A program made the position numbers and the translations under genes. The notes below the pieces were generated by a model. It did no database searches and was not told the origin of the DNA. It saw nothing but the letters and a program-made list of their open reading frames with translations. A stretch of DNA of 64,000 nucleotides. Origin: Hormiphora californensis. Lineage: Eukaryota > Animalia > Ctenophora. Below are positions 38,488-49,656 of this stretch, in pieces; the first letter of the stretch is position 1; every line of letters begins with the position of its first letter. The stretch covers positions 5,270,001 through 5,334,000 of the forward strand of contig CM035351.1 of assembly GCA_020137815.1 (NCBI GenBank), written 5' to 3'.

Positions 38488-39404
38488 CTATTTCGAGGTC
38501 TGGGGAGCACCATTTAGCGTGATCACTATTTTCCTAGTTCCTGCACAATTCCGATGTTCGCACAGCCACAAACCCTGAAATAATTATAATCAGAGTCATA
38601 TCTGCAAGTAGAGGATATCTAGCGCCACTGGATATCTTGGGGTAATTGCGTTACAAAGTGATATATTAATAATATTATGGCCATGTTATGTGTCAATTGG
38701 ATTGGAATAATCCTGAAGCTGGCATCCAACGATAAACCCGATACCCTACCTAAGATACAACCCTTCACACACGACGCTGCTTCTCACCTACCCCATTTAA
38801 CCGGACCCCATCTCACTGTTACCCATTCTCACCTGCCATCGACCGAGAGTTAGTTTTCCATTGTGGATTGGTATAGTCAGCTCACTGCCAATCATAGTAC
38901 TCTTGACATGAGCGGGCATGTCGTCAGGACCCTCACAGGTGTGGGTATACGATACACCAGCCTCCGGGGCTATCTTATCTAACATCATCTCCATATCTTG
39001 CCTGAGAAGAAAAGAGAGGGAGAGGTTGAGGGAGAATCTGATTGAAAAACTAGAGGCACTAAAGTTGGCAAAGAGCCCAAGCTACGAGGCTGTATTTTGT
39101 AATAACTAAAATGATGTGATATAGGATCGGTGGAGTTGTCCTATTCAGACTCTTTATGAACTTTACAATGATGTAGTGCAACTAACCTGACAGCAGGATC
39201 CCAGTTTTCATTTAGTGTTAGGGAGGCGGAGGTATGTAGTAGAAGGATATGACACAATCCCACCTTGAACTGTTCCAGCTCCTTCACTTTTTCTATGTGT
39301 TCAGTAATTAGGTGGCAACCCCGGCCCTTTGCTGGCAGGGTCATTGTCGCCTGGAACCAGATGTTACCCGCCACTGGAGTCGGAGTTATCTTTTTGTAAC
39401 TCAT
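38488..39404 (-). CDS. UPF0047/YjbQ family protein (3 exons)
   Basis: [56 protein letters not shown]; exons ~39404-39188, 39001-38832, 38574-38488. Confidence 0.9.
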
Positions 39405-39636
39405 GGCTAGAGATGGGGGGGGGTGGTAAACGAATTGGTTGACCAGTTGGGACTTGGGACTTGGGATTCCCAAGTTGGGAGTAGGCTGAAATCAATTTAG
39501 GGAGGAAGGGGAATGATGGATATATTGGAGCGCAAACTAAAGTTGTGCATGACAGATATAAAATGAATATAAAATAGCAAATATATGGTTACAAAATATT
39601 AAAAACGTTGTGCAAAAGTTAAAAAACTACCCCATT

Positions 39637-42600
39637 TCAGCATCTCTCGAACACCTTGTACAAATTGTGAAGGTCCGCAATCTGAAGCACGGTCCCATCC
39701 GTAGTCACAGTCTCATCGGGGATATAGACCGTCCTAATTTGGGGCCACAACACATTCTCTAGGGTGAACTTCCAGTCCCTAATATTAGGATCCCCCTCCA
39801 CAGGTTCGGTTAGGGTGTAAAACCTCGCTATCTCCCTGGATAAACCCTCAAAACACCCCCTCTCGCTGTCCCAGTCCACCTCTGTGGATAGTCGGAGTAG
39901 AAACATAGGGAGCCGCTGGAGAAGGGGCGGATAGTTATCAATCACCACTGGTAGACCAGTTAGAATTCCTTTCTCAGTGATCTCCAGACTGAAATAGTCA
40001 CTCAACATCTCCCGTTTACTAACTAACAACCTCACCGTTAGGTCAGCTAGCTCCTCTTTAGGACCATGATCCTCTCTCCAGCCGCTCTCACTCTGGCCCA
40101 GCGCCAACAATGCCATCTCCCTGATACACGCTCCCTCACTCAGCCTAAAAACCGGCATGTTCCTGAAATCAAACACAACCTTCTGGTAGACAAGAGCCCG
40201 GGATAACCTTCCGTAGTCCATCAAGTACAACTTGGTTAGAACCTGGACTAGTGCCAGCTTTTCATTGACTGCTCCAACAAAGGTTGACTCTCGGAACATG
40301 TCAGTAGCACCTTCGTGGCGTGCCTTACAGATGTCTTCTTGGAGCTGGAGGACCGAGGTCAGGTATACCGGGACTCGTTCCTCATCTGATGTTTGTTGTT
40401 GGTCCTCAGATCTGCTGGGACCTGGTTTATCTGTATCCCCCAATCTGCTAGGACCTGGTTTATCAGATAGTGTTGGTATAGTTGGATTCTTGTTTGGAAG
40501 TGTGCCAGCAGGTTTGTTGTCAGAGAGGAAGATGTCTAACTTCTGCTGGTTAACGTCTGTTCGTACCAACTGGTAATCGTATGGAGCTGAGTTTTCCTTG
40601 TTTCCACGGGCTTCTTTCACCTCTTTCGAGACGTCAACACACGGTAATCTGAGATATTGGGATCAGTACCAACTTGTGTTTATAAAAAACATTTTGATAA
40701 CAAGCCACTACAATTAGAACACAAGCCACGACACATACACTTTGATAATGACTCATTATCAACGAGGCACGGGTTCCGATTATGGTTGGTAACATAATCA
40801 GCTAGTATCATCAGCTAGTATATAATTATCAGTAACTATAACTCACTTGGCCTGGGTGTAATAGTTCCGAGAGCTAGTGCTACTGTATAGAGTTTGCTGG
40901 GCTTTAGCCTGTATCCCCGCCAGGATTGCCTCCTCGTGCAGAAAGTGTACCTCGTTCTTGGTGGGATGGACGTTAACATCCACATTACCCGGGTCTATCT
41001 CAAGGGATAGGTAGACAAAGGGGTAACTGTTCTTAGGGAGAACACTCGAATACACAGCCTCAAAGGCCCTTTTCGCTCCAGTACTCTCCACTAATCTCCC
41101 GTTTATAAACAGCACAAATCGGAATGATTTCCCTCCGTAGTTAGCGTTGGTCAGCAGGCCCGTCGAGCGAAATCCAAACTTTTTGTCGTCACAAGTAAAG
41201 GGTAGGAGTTCCTTGGCTAAGACAGGACCATAAAGGGAGGAGACGGTACGAGTTCGGTCTTCTGTTGGTGCTGTCTTCACTTTGGGGGTATTATCGCCTG
41301 TTTTAGATAGATATTGGGTTACCATAACAGCTGTAGTTCAGTTATCATTATCAGTGGCAATTGGTACCATGGTAACGGTAACTGTTACCATGGTAACTGC
41401 AGTTGTACCACAATTATACCTTGTTTCCGTAGGGTAAAGGCGATGTGAGCATTGTGTAGCGCATAACACGATATCACATGGGCTATCTTGTTCATTTCAT
41501 CTCGACCGTTCAGGGCTCTACGGCGGGTTGCCATGTTGTAAAACAGGTCTTCAGCTGTTATTGTAGTGCCAACGTTACCTAGCGATGGTGGTAGTTAGAG
41601 AGGGGGGGGGGCTAATTAGGGGAGTCCTAATCAGAGAGGGGTAATTAGCATATTAGAGAGGGATAATTAACTAGAAAGTTGAGGGGTAATTACTAATTAG
41701 CTGAGAAATGTTGGATTTAGTAGCTGTGAATCAGGGGTTATTGCAGTATCTATAATAAAACAGTTGTTCAAAAGTCAAAACAGTATGAAAACACATATGA
41801 TGAGTCCAAGCCATGTGTGTGTGTGTGTTATTGTGACGTAACGCACAGTAACATGACTCCAATCCCGCTCCCATGTGGTCCCCCGTTACAGTCAGCCACC
41901 CCCTCCTCTTCCCCCGGTACTACCTGCTATAGGACGGGGATCTGATCACTGATGTGCAGCCCTCCTTTCCCGAGTTACCCCACCCTCCCCTCCGCCCCAA
42001 GCCATCCCCCCTCCCCCCCTGCCCGGGTAGTGGGTACTACCTGCTATAGGACGGGGATCTGATGTACATCCCTCCTTTTTAGATACAGGTTTACCGTCCA
42101 AGTAGTTACACAACCAGGCACATTTCTCACTCGCTGAGGGAGGTTAGCAATCAATAATCATAAAAACAAAGACGAATTTTCACTGGCAACCCATAAATTA
42201 TAGGCCACAATTTTTCGGCCCGTGTGTTACAAAACAAAGGAAACAGCGAATCTTTGAAATATTTTAATTGGTTATTGTTTACATTTGTTTACAGATTCTC
42301 TTACCTGTTCTGGTTTGGATGGAAAGATTGGACACATGACTAATTGATGCTAGTGCCTCACCCCTGAAACCATGTGTGGCTATACTTCTCAGATCAGAGA
42401 ATGTCTTGAGTTTACTGGTAGTGAACCTCTCACAGACAATCCCAAGATCGTCCTTTCTTATTCCATGTCCTGTGAGAAACACTGTGCAAATATCACGTTA
42501 CATCCCTATTCAATGCTGAACACGGGTCAGCAGGTAGGTAGTCTCCTCCCGCATTATTTCATATTCAACCCAAACAACAAGCACCAGATACATACTAAAC

Positions 42601-42911
42601 ACACATACTAAACACACATACCATTATCAGATATTTGTAGACACTTCAACCCTCCATCATCTACACAGACAGTAATTGATGTGGACCCTGTAAATTATCA
42701 GGAGGTTAGCATAACTAGGCCATGAAACTTATTGACAAACAATATGTGTGTAATATCTACACACAGTTCCGTGCGGGGTGTTACCTGCATCGATACTGTT
42801 CTCTATTAGCTCTTTAATGGCATTACACGGCCTCTGAACAACCTCCCCAGCCGCTATTCGGTTAATAACGACCTCATCAAGCTTACATATCTTTCGAACA
42901 TCACTGCTCAT
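39637..42911 (-). CDS. MLH1: DNA mismatch repair protein MLH1
   Basis: [61 protein letters not shown]-terminal LYKVFERC. Confidence 0.97.
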
Positions 42912-43189
42912 AACTGATGTATTGACTAGTTCAGTACTTCTTGGAGACCCTTAAAATTGTTTTCTACTGCACGGAGTTGACGCTTCGCTTGTATTTGGAG
43001 AAGATAATAGAGGCTAAACATGCGTCCAGGCCAAAAGTAAATGGCATACCAAGTGACTATTCAATTTATAGGTGGGAGAGGTGCATAATGGTCAATGCAT
43101 GATTTTCAGCTGCAAACGTCACTTTTTTCCAGGGCCCAACGATGGCCAGTGGGGTTGGAATACCCGTAATAGTTGTATGCTGTAGGTCG

Positions 43190-43825
43190 GCATCTAAAAC
43201 CTACTCAAGTGGATCAGAGCCTTCCTCACAGGAAGATTTCAGACAGTAGTCGTTGACGGGCATTGTTCTAGACCTGAAGCTGTGATTAGCAGTGTAATTC
43301 AGGGGTCAGTGCTTGGTCCCCTCCTCTTCATCATCTACATTGCAGACCTCGCATCAGTTACCACAGGAGGTACCCTCACATTTGCGGACGATACGAAAAT
43401 TCGACGCGCCATTGAATGGCTTGAGGATAAGGATACGCTCCAGAGAGACCTCGATAGGATTGCAGAATGGTCCAGAAGGAACAATATGCAACTGCATGCT
43501 GAAAAGTTTGAGGTGCTCAACTACAGGCTTAATCACACCAAGGAGCAAAGAGCCCTTCCTCACACTGAGGAATGCTACCAATATACCAGCTCATCAGGGG
43601 AAATAATTGACCCATCACGCTGGGTGAAAGACCTAGGGATATACATGTCCTCCGACGGAAAATGGGCAAAGCACACTACAACCATCGCAAAGGAAGGAAA
43701 AAGACTAGCAGGATGGATTTTGGGGGTGTTTAGAGACCGTTCGAAAGGAACGATGCTGACACTACTTAAGTCCCTAGTGCGGCCGAAGCTTGAGTACTGT
43801 TCTCCCCTCTGGTCACCATGCAAGA
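43190..43825 (+). mobile_element. CR1-type LINE reverse transcriptase fragment
   Basis: QGSVLGPLLF, FADDTK, KDLGI, LVRPKLEYCSPLWSP; truncated at a fold-back palindrome. Confidence 0.88.
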
Positions 43826-44006
43826 TCTTGCATGGTGACCAGAGGGGAGAACAGTACTCAAGTCTTGCAAGACTGGGGAAAAACTCTAGAAAGGTTAAAT
43901 TATTATTATTATTAAATCTTTATAACTTACACAATTAAATTGTATAAATAAACCCCTTTTTGTGGGCAAATACGGATCACCAATAGATATTCATTGAAGA
44001 TGCCTA

Positions 44007-44771
44007 TTATGTAAAGTCTATCACCCCTCTCCGTACCCGGAATTGTCCTCCAGGATTCGAATCCCTCAACTCCTTCAATGTTTGGTGGAGTTCTCTCCTC
44101 TCACTTCTCTCTGCGAAGGACATATCCCTTGCAAGATACACACTGCAGTACGATTCTGTCTGTTTTAGCTGTTTTGCCTTCTGGAGAAGGCTCAGCAGCA
44201 TTTCCTTACTCTGTAGCTTCACAATCACTGGTCTCTCCCTTCCTCCCCGTTTCAAACCTACCCTTTTAGCGTCTATCGTCGGTTTCTCGCCTAGCTCAGC
44301 CAAAACATTTTCCATTTCACCCTTTAACACAGATTCAGTTTCATCCTCACATTCCGGTAGACCAAACACCATCAGATTTTTCGATCTGTCTGGGCCGGTA
44401 TCTACTGGCTTGTGCGTAACTTTTTCCACGGCTTTCTGGATCTTTTTCGGTGCAAACGCAGTCCTGCAATTCTGTGTGACGACCGCAGAGAAAGTACGCA
44501 AATCTTTCTGTACCGTCTCGGTAACTCGGTGCAGTTGCTCGCCCTGAAGCTCAATAACCTGCTCTTGTAACTTGACAGTTCTTCTCAAAAGATCATCACA
44601 CTCCACTTTCAACTTCTCCTCCTGCTCCTGCAACTCGACAGATTTTCTCAACAGTTCATCTCGCTCCTCTTTGAGTTCGTCGAGCTCCTCTTTGAGTTCC
44701 ATCTCAGGGGATTTCTCGGCAAAGACATGAAGATGAAAGTGTTTTAGAACTGGAAAGATCGCACAGCACAT
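44007..44771 (-). mobile_element. LINE ORF1-like coding region (coiled coil + RRM-like)
   Basis: Heptad coil, NLMVFGLPE, RPVIVKL, VYLARDMSFAER. Confidence 0.75.
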
Positions 44772-44999
44772 TTCTTCTATCAGGATTTGTAAGGTTAAAG
44801 ATCGAACTGGGAAATCTCCTTGAAACCATTCCTGACTACCCTCCCGTTAAAGGTTACTCCAGTCTTCGTAACAACTCGCTCGTCGCTCTGCTAAAGGAAG
44901 GCATATAGCAAAGCTCACTTCACAACCACTTCACGCGGATACATTAGTTGATAAACTTGATAAACTTGATAAATAAACTTCATTACAGAATCGTAAACG

Positions 45000-45410
45000 G
45001 TGTCAGTCTTTTCAGCATCCCCCTTTAGCTCGAACCTCCAAAACCCAGTCCATGATAGAATTGTTGTTCCGGGTAGAATAACCCTTCACAGGTGGATTGT
45101 CAGGGAAGTGGTCCAGCCAACGGCCCAGCAGGATCTTGAACGTATCTAAAGTCGCTGCTGTGTTAACCTCTTTCGGCAATGTGTTCCATAGCCGAGCGGC
45201 CCTTACAGCAAATGAGTGGAAGTATTTTGTTGAGAATGACTTCTGTGCTCCACTGTAAAGAGTAGGTACTTCGGCTCGGACGCCGAGCCGTTGATGATGG
45301 TAAAACCGGGTATTCGTGCTATTAGGTGCTGCACCATTATAGATTTTCCACATTTGTATTATCGAATATCGCTCCCGCCGACGTTGTAATGACATAAGTC
45401 TTAGCTTTGA
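45000..45410 (-). mobile_element. CR1 LINE ORF2 3' fragment
   Basis: SLQRRRERY, SFAVRAARLWNTLP, TFKILL...PDNP; a similar + strand remnant lies at ~44760-44890. Confidence 0.8.
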
Positions 45411-45570
45411 GTGCGTGGTATATTTTCTTGTGTTATGTATACCGAAACTAATTTGTAAATCTTGTAAAATCTCTTTGTAAATCTATACTCCAAGATTGAA
45501 TCTGTAAGCAAACACAAATAGAGCCAAAACTCCAACTCGAGAGTCGAGACGTCGAAGTTTGAAAACTAAA

Positions 45571-45719
45571 GTCCATTTTTTTTCAACTGTTCACCCAAAA
45601 TCGAAATTTCAGTGAAATTTAGAATTTTTGTGGCGCGCGCTACACGTTAACATGTGATAGACGCGCAAAACAATTCCGCGCACGACTTTGGGGGGTGAAC
45701 AGTTGAAAAAAAATGGAGT
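45571..45719. mobile_element. MITE, same family as 28744-29045
   Basis: Near-identical reverse-complement copy of 28897-29044. Confidence 0.85.
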
Positions 45720-46019
45720 ATACGAAATTTTAAATTTTTAAATCTTGCCGTTCAATTTTAAAATCCAAGCAAAAAATATATTCGCCGCGCCAAGTTAAAA
45801 TATTTCGCGCGTTACAAACATTGCGTCGTTGCGCAGATTTGAAACACTGATAATTTTCAAAATATGAAATTCTCGCGAGATCTCGTTTTCAGGACCTTTT
45901 TTTCTCGAAAACTTGTTGTTTCTCTGAAAAAAGGGGCGCCTTTGGGTAATTTATACCGTTCCATAGCCTTTCTTTCATTCTAATCATGCTGGGACTTAAA
46001 ATGGGTCCTATTTTCAACC

Positions 46020-46820
46020 AAAAACTATGAAAACACTACCAACCCCTCCGGGTACTCTCTCACTGTGAATGGCTCCACACTTGAAAGAGTTGAAAAAACT
46101 CCGGTGTCTTGGTGTAAACGTCAACGAGCGCTAAAGTCATTTCAATGACTGGTCATCGTGCTTAAAGCTCTATATGCCTCTTCAACATGGGCAGACAAAA
46201 CTCTCGGAAGCACACTTCAGTCAATAAAACTGGACTGCATATCAACCCACAGCGCCCGACTGATGATAGGGACAGAGCAGAGGGCACCAACACACCTCAA
46301 CCTCCAGATGGCATCTCTCACTCCCCTCAGTGTTACATACAATACAAGAGCTCAAATGGGCAAACAGCGACTGATCCCTCTGGCGGCAACAGAAATTGTA
46401 AACCAGTATGAGGCCAACTTTACCATGAACTACACCGTGGTCCCGTTAGGAGAAAATTACACAAATTGGACAAACGACGTCATAGTGTACAAAGATGGAT
46501 CACGGTTCACCCAAAAAGGTCAGGGCATAGGAACATGATGCGCCTGGGTGATATTCGACAATTATCCATCTATGTACAGTGTACATAGATGGATAATTGT
46601 ACACTACTGGATCCCTGAAGCTCGTTTCTGATAATTCAATCTATTAGGCCGAGGAGCTTGCTGTCTCAGCAAACAATCGGCTCTCTGGCAATCACTGGAA
46701 GCAAGTGAGTGCTGACGTGCGAGATGGCGGATAGGGCAGCTAAACTAGCGGCACAGGCTGATAGAGAGCCTGACATGTATCTACCCACTCCAAAATCATA
46801 CTTCAAAGAGCAGCATAAAC
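46020..46820 (+). pseudogene. Decayed RNase H-bearing LINE (I-group-like) remnant
   Basis: IVYKDGS and EMADRAAK RNase H-like motifs; a possible C-terminal CxxC remnant resumes at ~53260-53400. Confidence 0.5.
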
Positions 46821-48414
46821 GTCAGGAAAGTCATAGCGCCGTCAATATTACAAGTTTACAAGTTTACAAAATTAGATTCGGCATACAATGCATAAAGACA
46901 AATATACCACGTTCTCAGCATGTTGCTTCTACGTACAATGATGTGAATGATGCAGTGACCAACATACACTACCCTTGGTTACGAAGTCCCCCCTATTATT
47001 GCATATAGGGGTGACAATACCGCCTACCTAAAAATGAAAATTTACGGGACCTTCTCATAAAAAGTTATCGAAAACTTGTCTAAAACCTATCTAAAACGTA
47101 TGGTACTAGTTTGTATAGTAACCAGGACTTGAATTCTACAGAAAGTAACGACCGGTAGCGATTACACCACATGTTTAACAACAGAGGTGTGTCGCATAAC
47201 TCCTTATATGGGCATAAAATTCCAATCTTGTGGAATTTTTTCTGACTCGACTATAGCTTAGTTATCAATGAATCCACCTCTAATACCTTTGGAATGGCAT
47301 TTTGCACATTTCTGAAGGTTTTTGTAGCCAAATTCCAGCATCTTCATAGTTTTCCAAAAACAAAAACAGTGTTAATGGCCAAAATATCGAAAAATTCCGG
47401 TATGTAATGGTAGCTCAGACAATTTCCTCGGTATGTTCAAAAAATTAGAACTTTCTGTTTTATAGTTTGGACACAGGAATTTTTTTCCCGCCGTACAAGC
47501 GATATTATTACCCCTCCGTGAGCTAGCGCAGAGGGGGAATTTCATTACCAAACACTACCCAGGGGGGAGCAGTGTAACCAATGAGTTGTCGTTGGGACTC
47601 TTGTAGCCCCGAACTGGAGGGTGATCAGGTAGGGTAAACCGGGGCAATTCGAACAACCGGGGCAATTCGAACAATGTACTGCCCGTCTCTCACCTAGTTA
47701 AGCTATCATAATGACGTCATCCTATCTCCAGAAGAAAACTGCTCGTTCGAGCCTGCCCGTTACCACTAAATAGGCTCTAGATCCGGTTTAAGTTGGTCAA
47801 TTTCCGATTTGAAAAAACCAGCTGAAAGCTAATAATATCAGCTTTCAGATGGTATAAAAATTATTTAAATATTCGCATGTTTTCATTCCAAATTCTGGTA
47901 AATTAAGATTACCGGGGCAATTCGAACAACCGGGGCAATTCGAACCGGGGCAATTTGGTTAACACCCGGGCCAATGATGTGCAGTTCTTTGTACCACGTG
48001 ATCACGCGTGATACCGGGGCAATTCGAACAAGACCGACCAGCGTGTAGATTGCGTGTAGATTACATTGTTCGAATTGCCCCCACCTCTAACAACACCAGG
48101 CGGGAATCTTCTTCTGGTGTTGTGAGGACGTTCACGTGACTCCCACGTGACGAAATAAAGCACTCCTATTGGTGTTGTCCGAATTGCCCCGGTACCATTT
48201 TTTCCGACCAAAATTTTTAAATTAGTTATTTAGTTTCAAACTTTTCAACACTACTTTAAACAAATTAATTTGAGTTTGCCGTCAATCGATCCGATAACTG
48301 TGTTAGCATCTATTCTCTAATCTTTTAGATCTCTGTTAGGCCTACTTTAACTTAACTTACGAGTGATATCAGTGAAGAGTTTGTTGTTGGCCGGCGTGCA
48401 ACGGGTGTTTTAGG

Positions 48415-49656
48415 ATGACCGTTACGAGTAATTATGACATATGTATCACTAAGAGTGATTTTGAAGACGTGTTAGCAGGAGAAGTATTTAGTAATGATTA
48501 TAAGGGTAGTGATTTGTTAGTGTGTCTAGAGAGAGGTGACGCTGTTTGTCCGTCGTCTGTCCATAAACCTCAGTTGTGGCACCTTCTCAAAGCCTGCTAC
48601 AAAATGCTTCCGGCGACGGCACCGTTTTCTGTTCCTGGAGACCAAGCTGATCTGAGAGAATCGTTTGCAAAGTTACACAAAGATCTGGTCTCAACCATCT
48701 CTGCACTAGTAAAACCTGTGGAGAAAGGGAAAGATGATGTTGGTAATGGTGAGCCTGAGGAACCGGTTACACCTACGATGAAACACTATGTGAACATTAC
48801 CACTGGGAACAGCGGAGAAGGAGAATCAGCGTTCTGTGCTGATAAGTGGAAGAATGTGGTCAAACCAAAGGTGGAAAGTGCTTTGAAGACTATACCGGTA
48901 GTGAGATCCAGAGTAAACAGTGACCATACCCGATTATACTTCCCTAATGAGGACCAGATGAAGGAAGCAGAGAAAGTACTGACTCCTCTTGCACAGGATT
49001 GTTCAGTGTCATTTTTCTCAGAGGAAACCAAGAAGCTTGAACCAAAGGTGACGATAAATGACTTGGGCCCCGACCTACTTGAAAAGGAAGCTATCCTGGC
49101 GGCGATCTTGGACAAGAATGAGGATATCAGGAAGCTGTATCATGAGGATAAGAAGTTAAAAGTGGTGTTTGTGAACGAAAGAGACAGGTATGCAGTGATC
49201 CAGATGGCTCCAGAGATCCGGCGGCTTTTGTCTAGCAGTGGGGATAGACTTAACTTGGGTCTTCGGCAACATTTTGTCAAAAACAGGTATCATGTGATTC
49301 AATGTTATCACTGCCAAGGATTTGGTCACATGGCGGGCTCTGTATATTGCCCTCAGAAGGATGATCCTGTATGCTGCTTTTGTGCTGGCACACATCAGAC
49401 GAAGGATTGTAGAGCGAAGAAGAACAATGAAACAGGCAAGATGAAGTGTGTGAATTGTGAAGTTGGAGGATCACGAGAGGACAAGAAGTATGCGAAGACC
49501 CACACGGCTTCAAGTATGTGGTGCCCTTCGTACATTAACGAGCGAGCACGGCTAATGGAGAGGACTTCAGGTGTGAGCAAAGAGGAAAAAAACATGTACT
49601 GGACGAGGACCAAAGAGGAACTACTCAGGAAAAGACTTGGAAGATTGGGACACTAA
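48415..49656 (+). CDS. LINE ORF1 (gag-like, three zinc knuckles)
   Basis: CYHCQGFGH...C, CCFCAGTH..KDC, CVNC...H.A.S..CP. Confidence 0.9.
   Translation: MTVTSNYDICITKSDFEDVLAGEVFSNDYKGSDLLVCLERGDAVCPSSVHKPQLWHLLKACYKMLPATAPFSVPGDQADLRESFAKLHKDLVSTISALVKPVEKGKDDVGNGEPEEPVTPTMKHYVNITTGNSGEGESAFCADKWKNVVKPKVESALKTIPVVRSRVNSDHTRLYFPNEDQMKEAEKVLTPLAQDCSVSFFSEETKKLEPKVTINDLGPDLLEKEAILAAILDKNEDIRKLYHEDKKLKVVFVNERDRYAVIQMAPEIRRLLSSSGDRLNLGLRQHFVKNRYHVIQCYHCQGFGHMAGSVYCPQKDDPVCCFCAGTHQTKDCRAKKNNETGKMKCVNCEVGGSREDKKYAKTHTASSMWCPSYINERARLMERTSGVSKEEKNMYWTRTKEELLRKRLGRLGH

Noticed and set aside
38488-39404. Horizontal transfer of bacterial yjbQ
   Set aside because: Gene has two spliceosomal introns and the family is widespread in eukaryotes.
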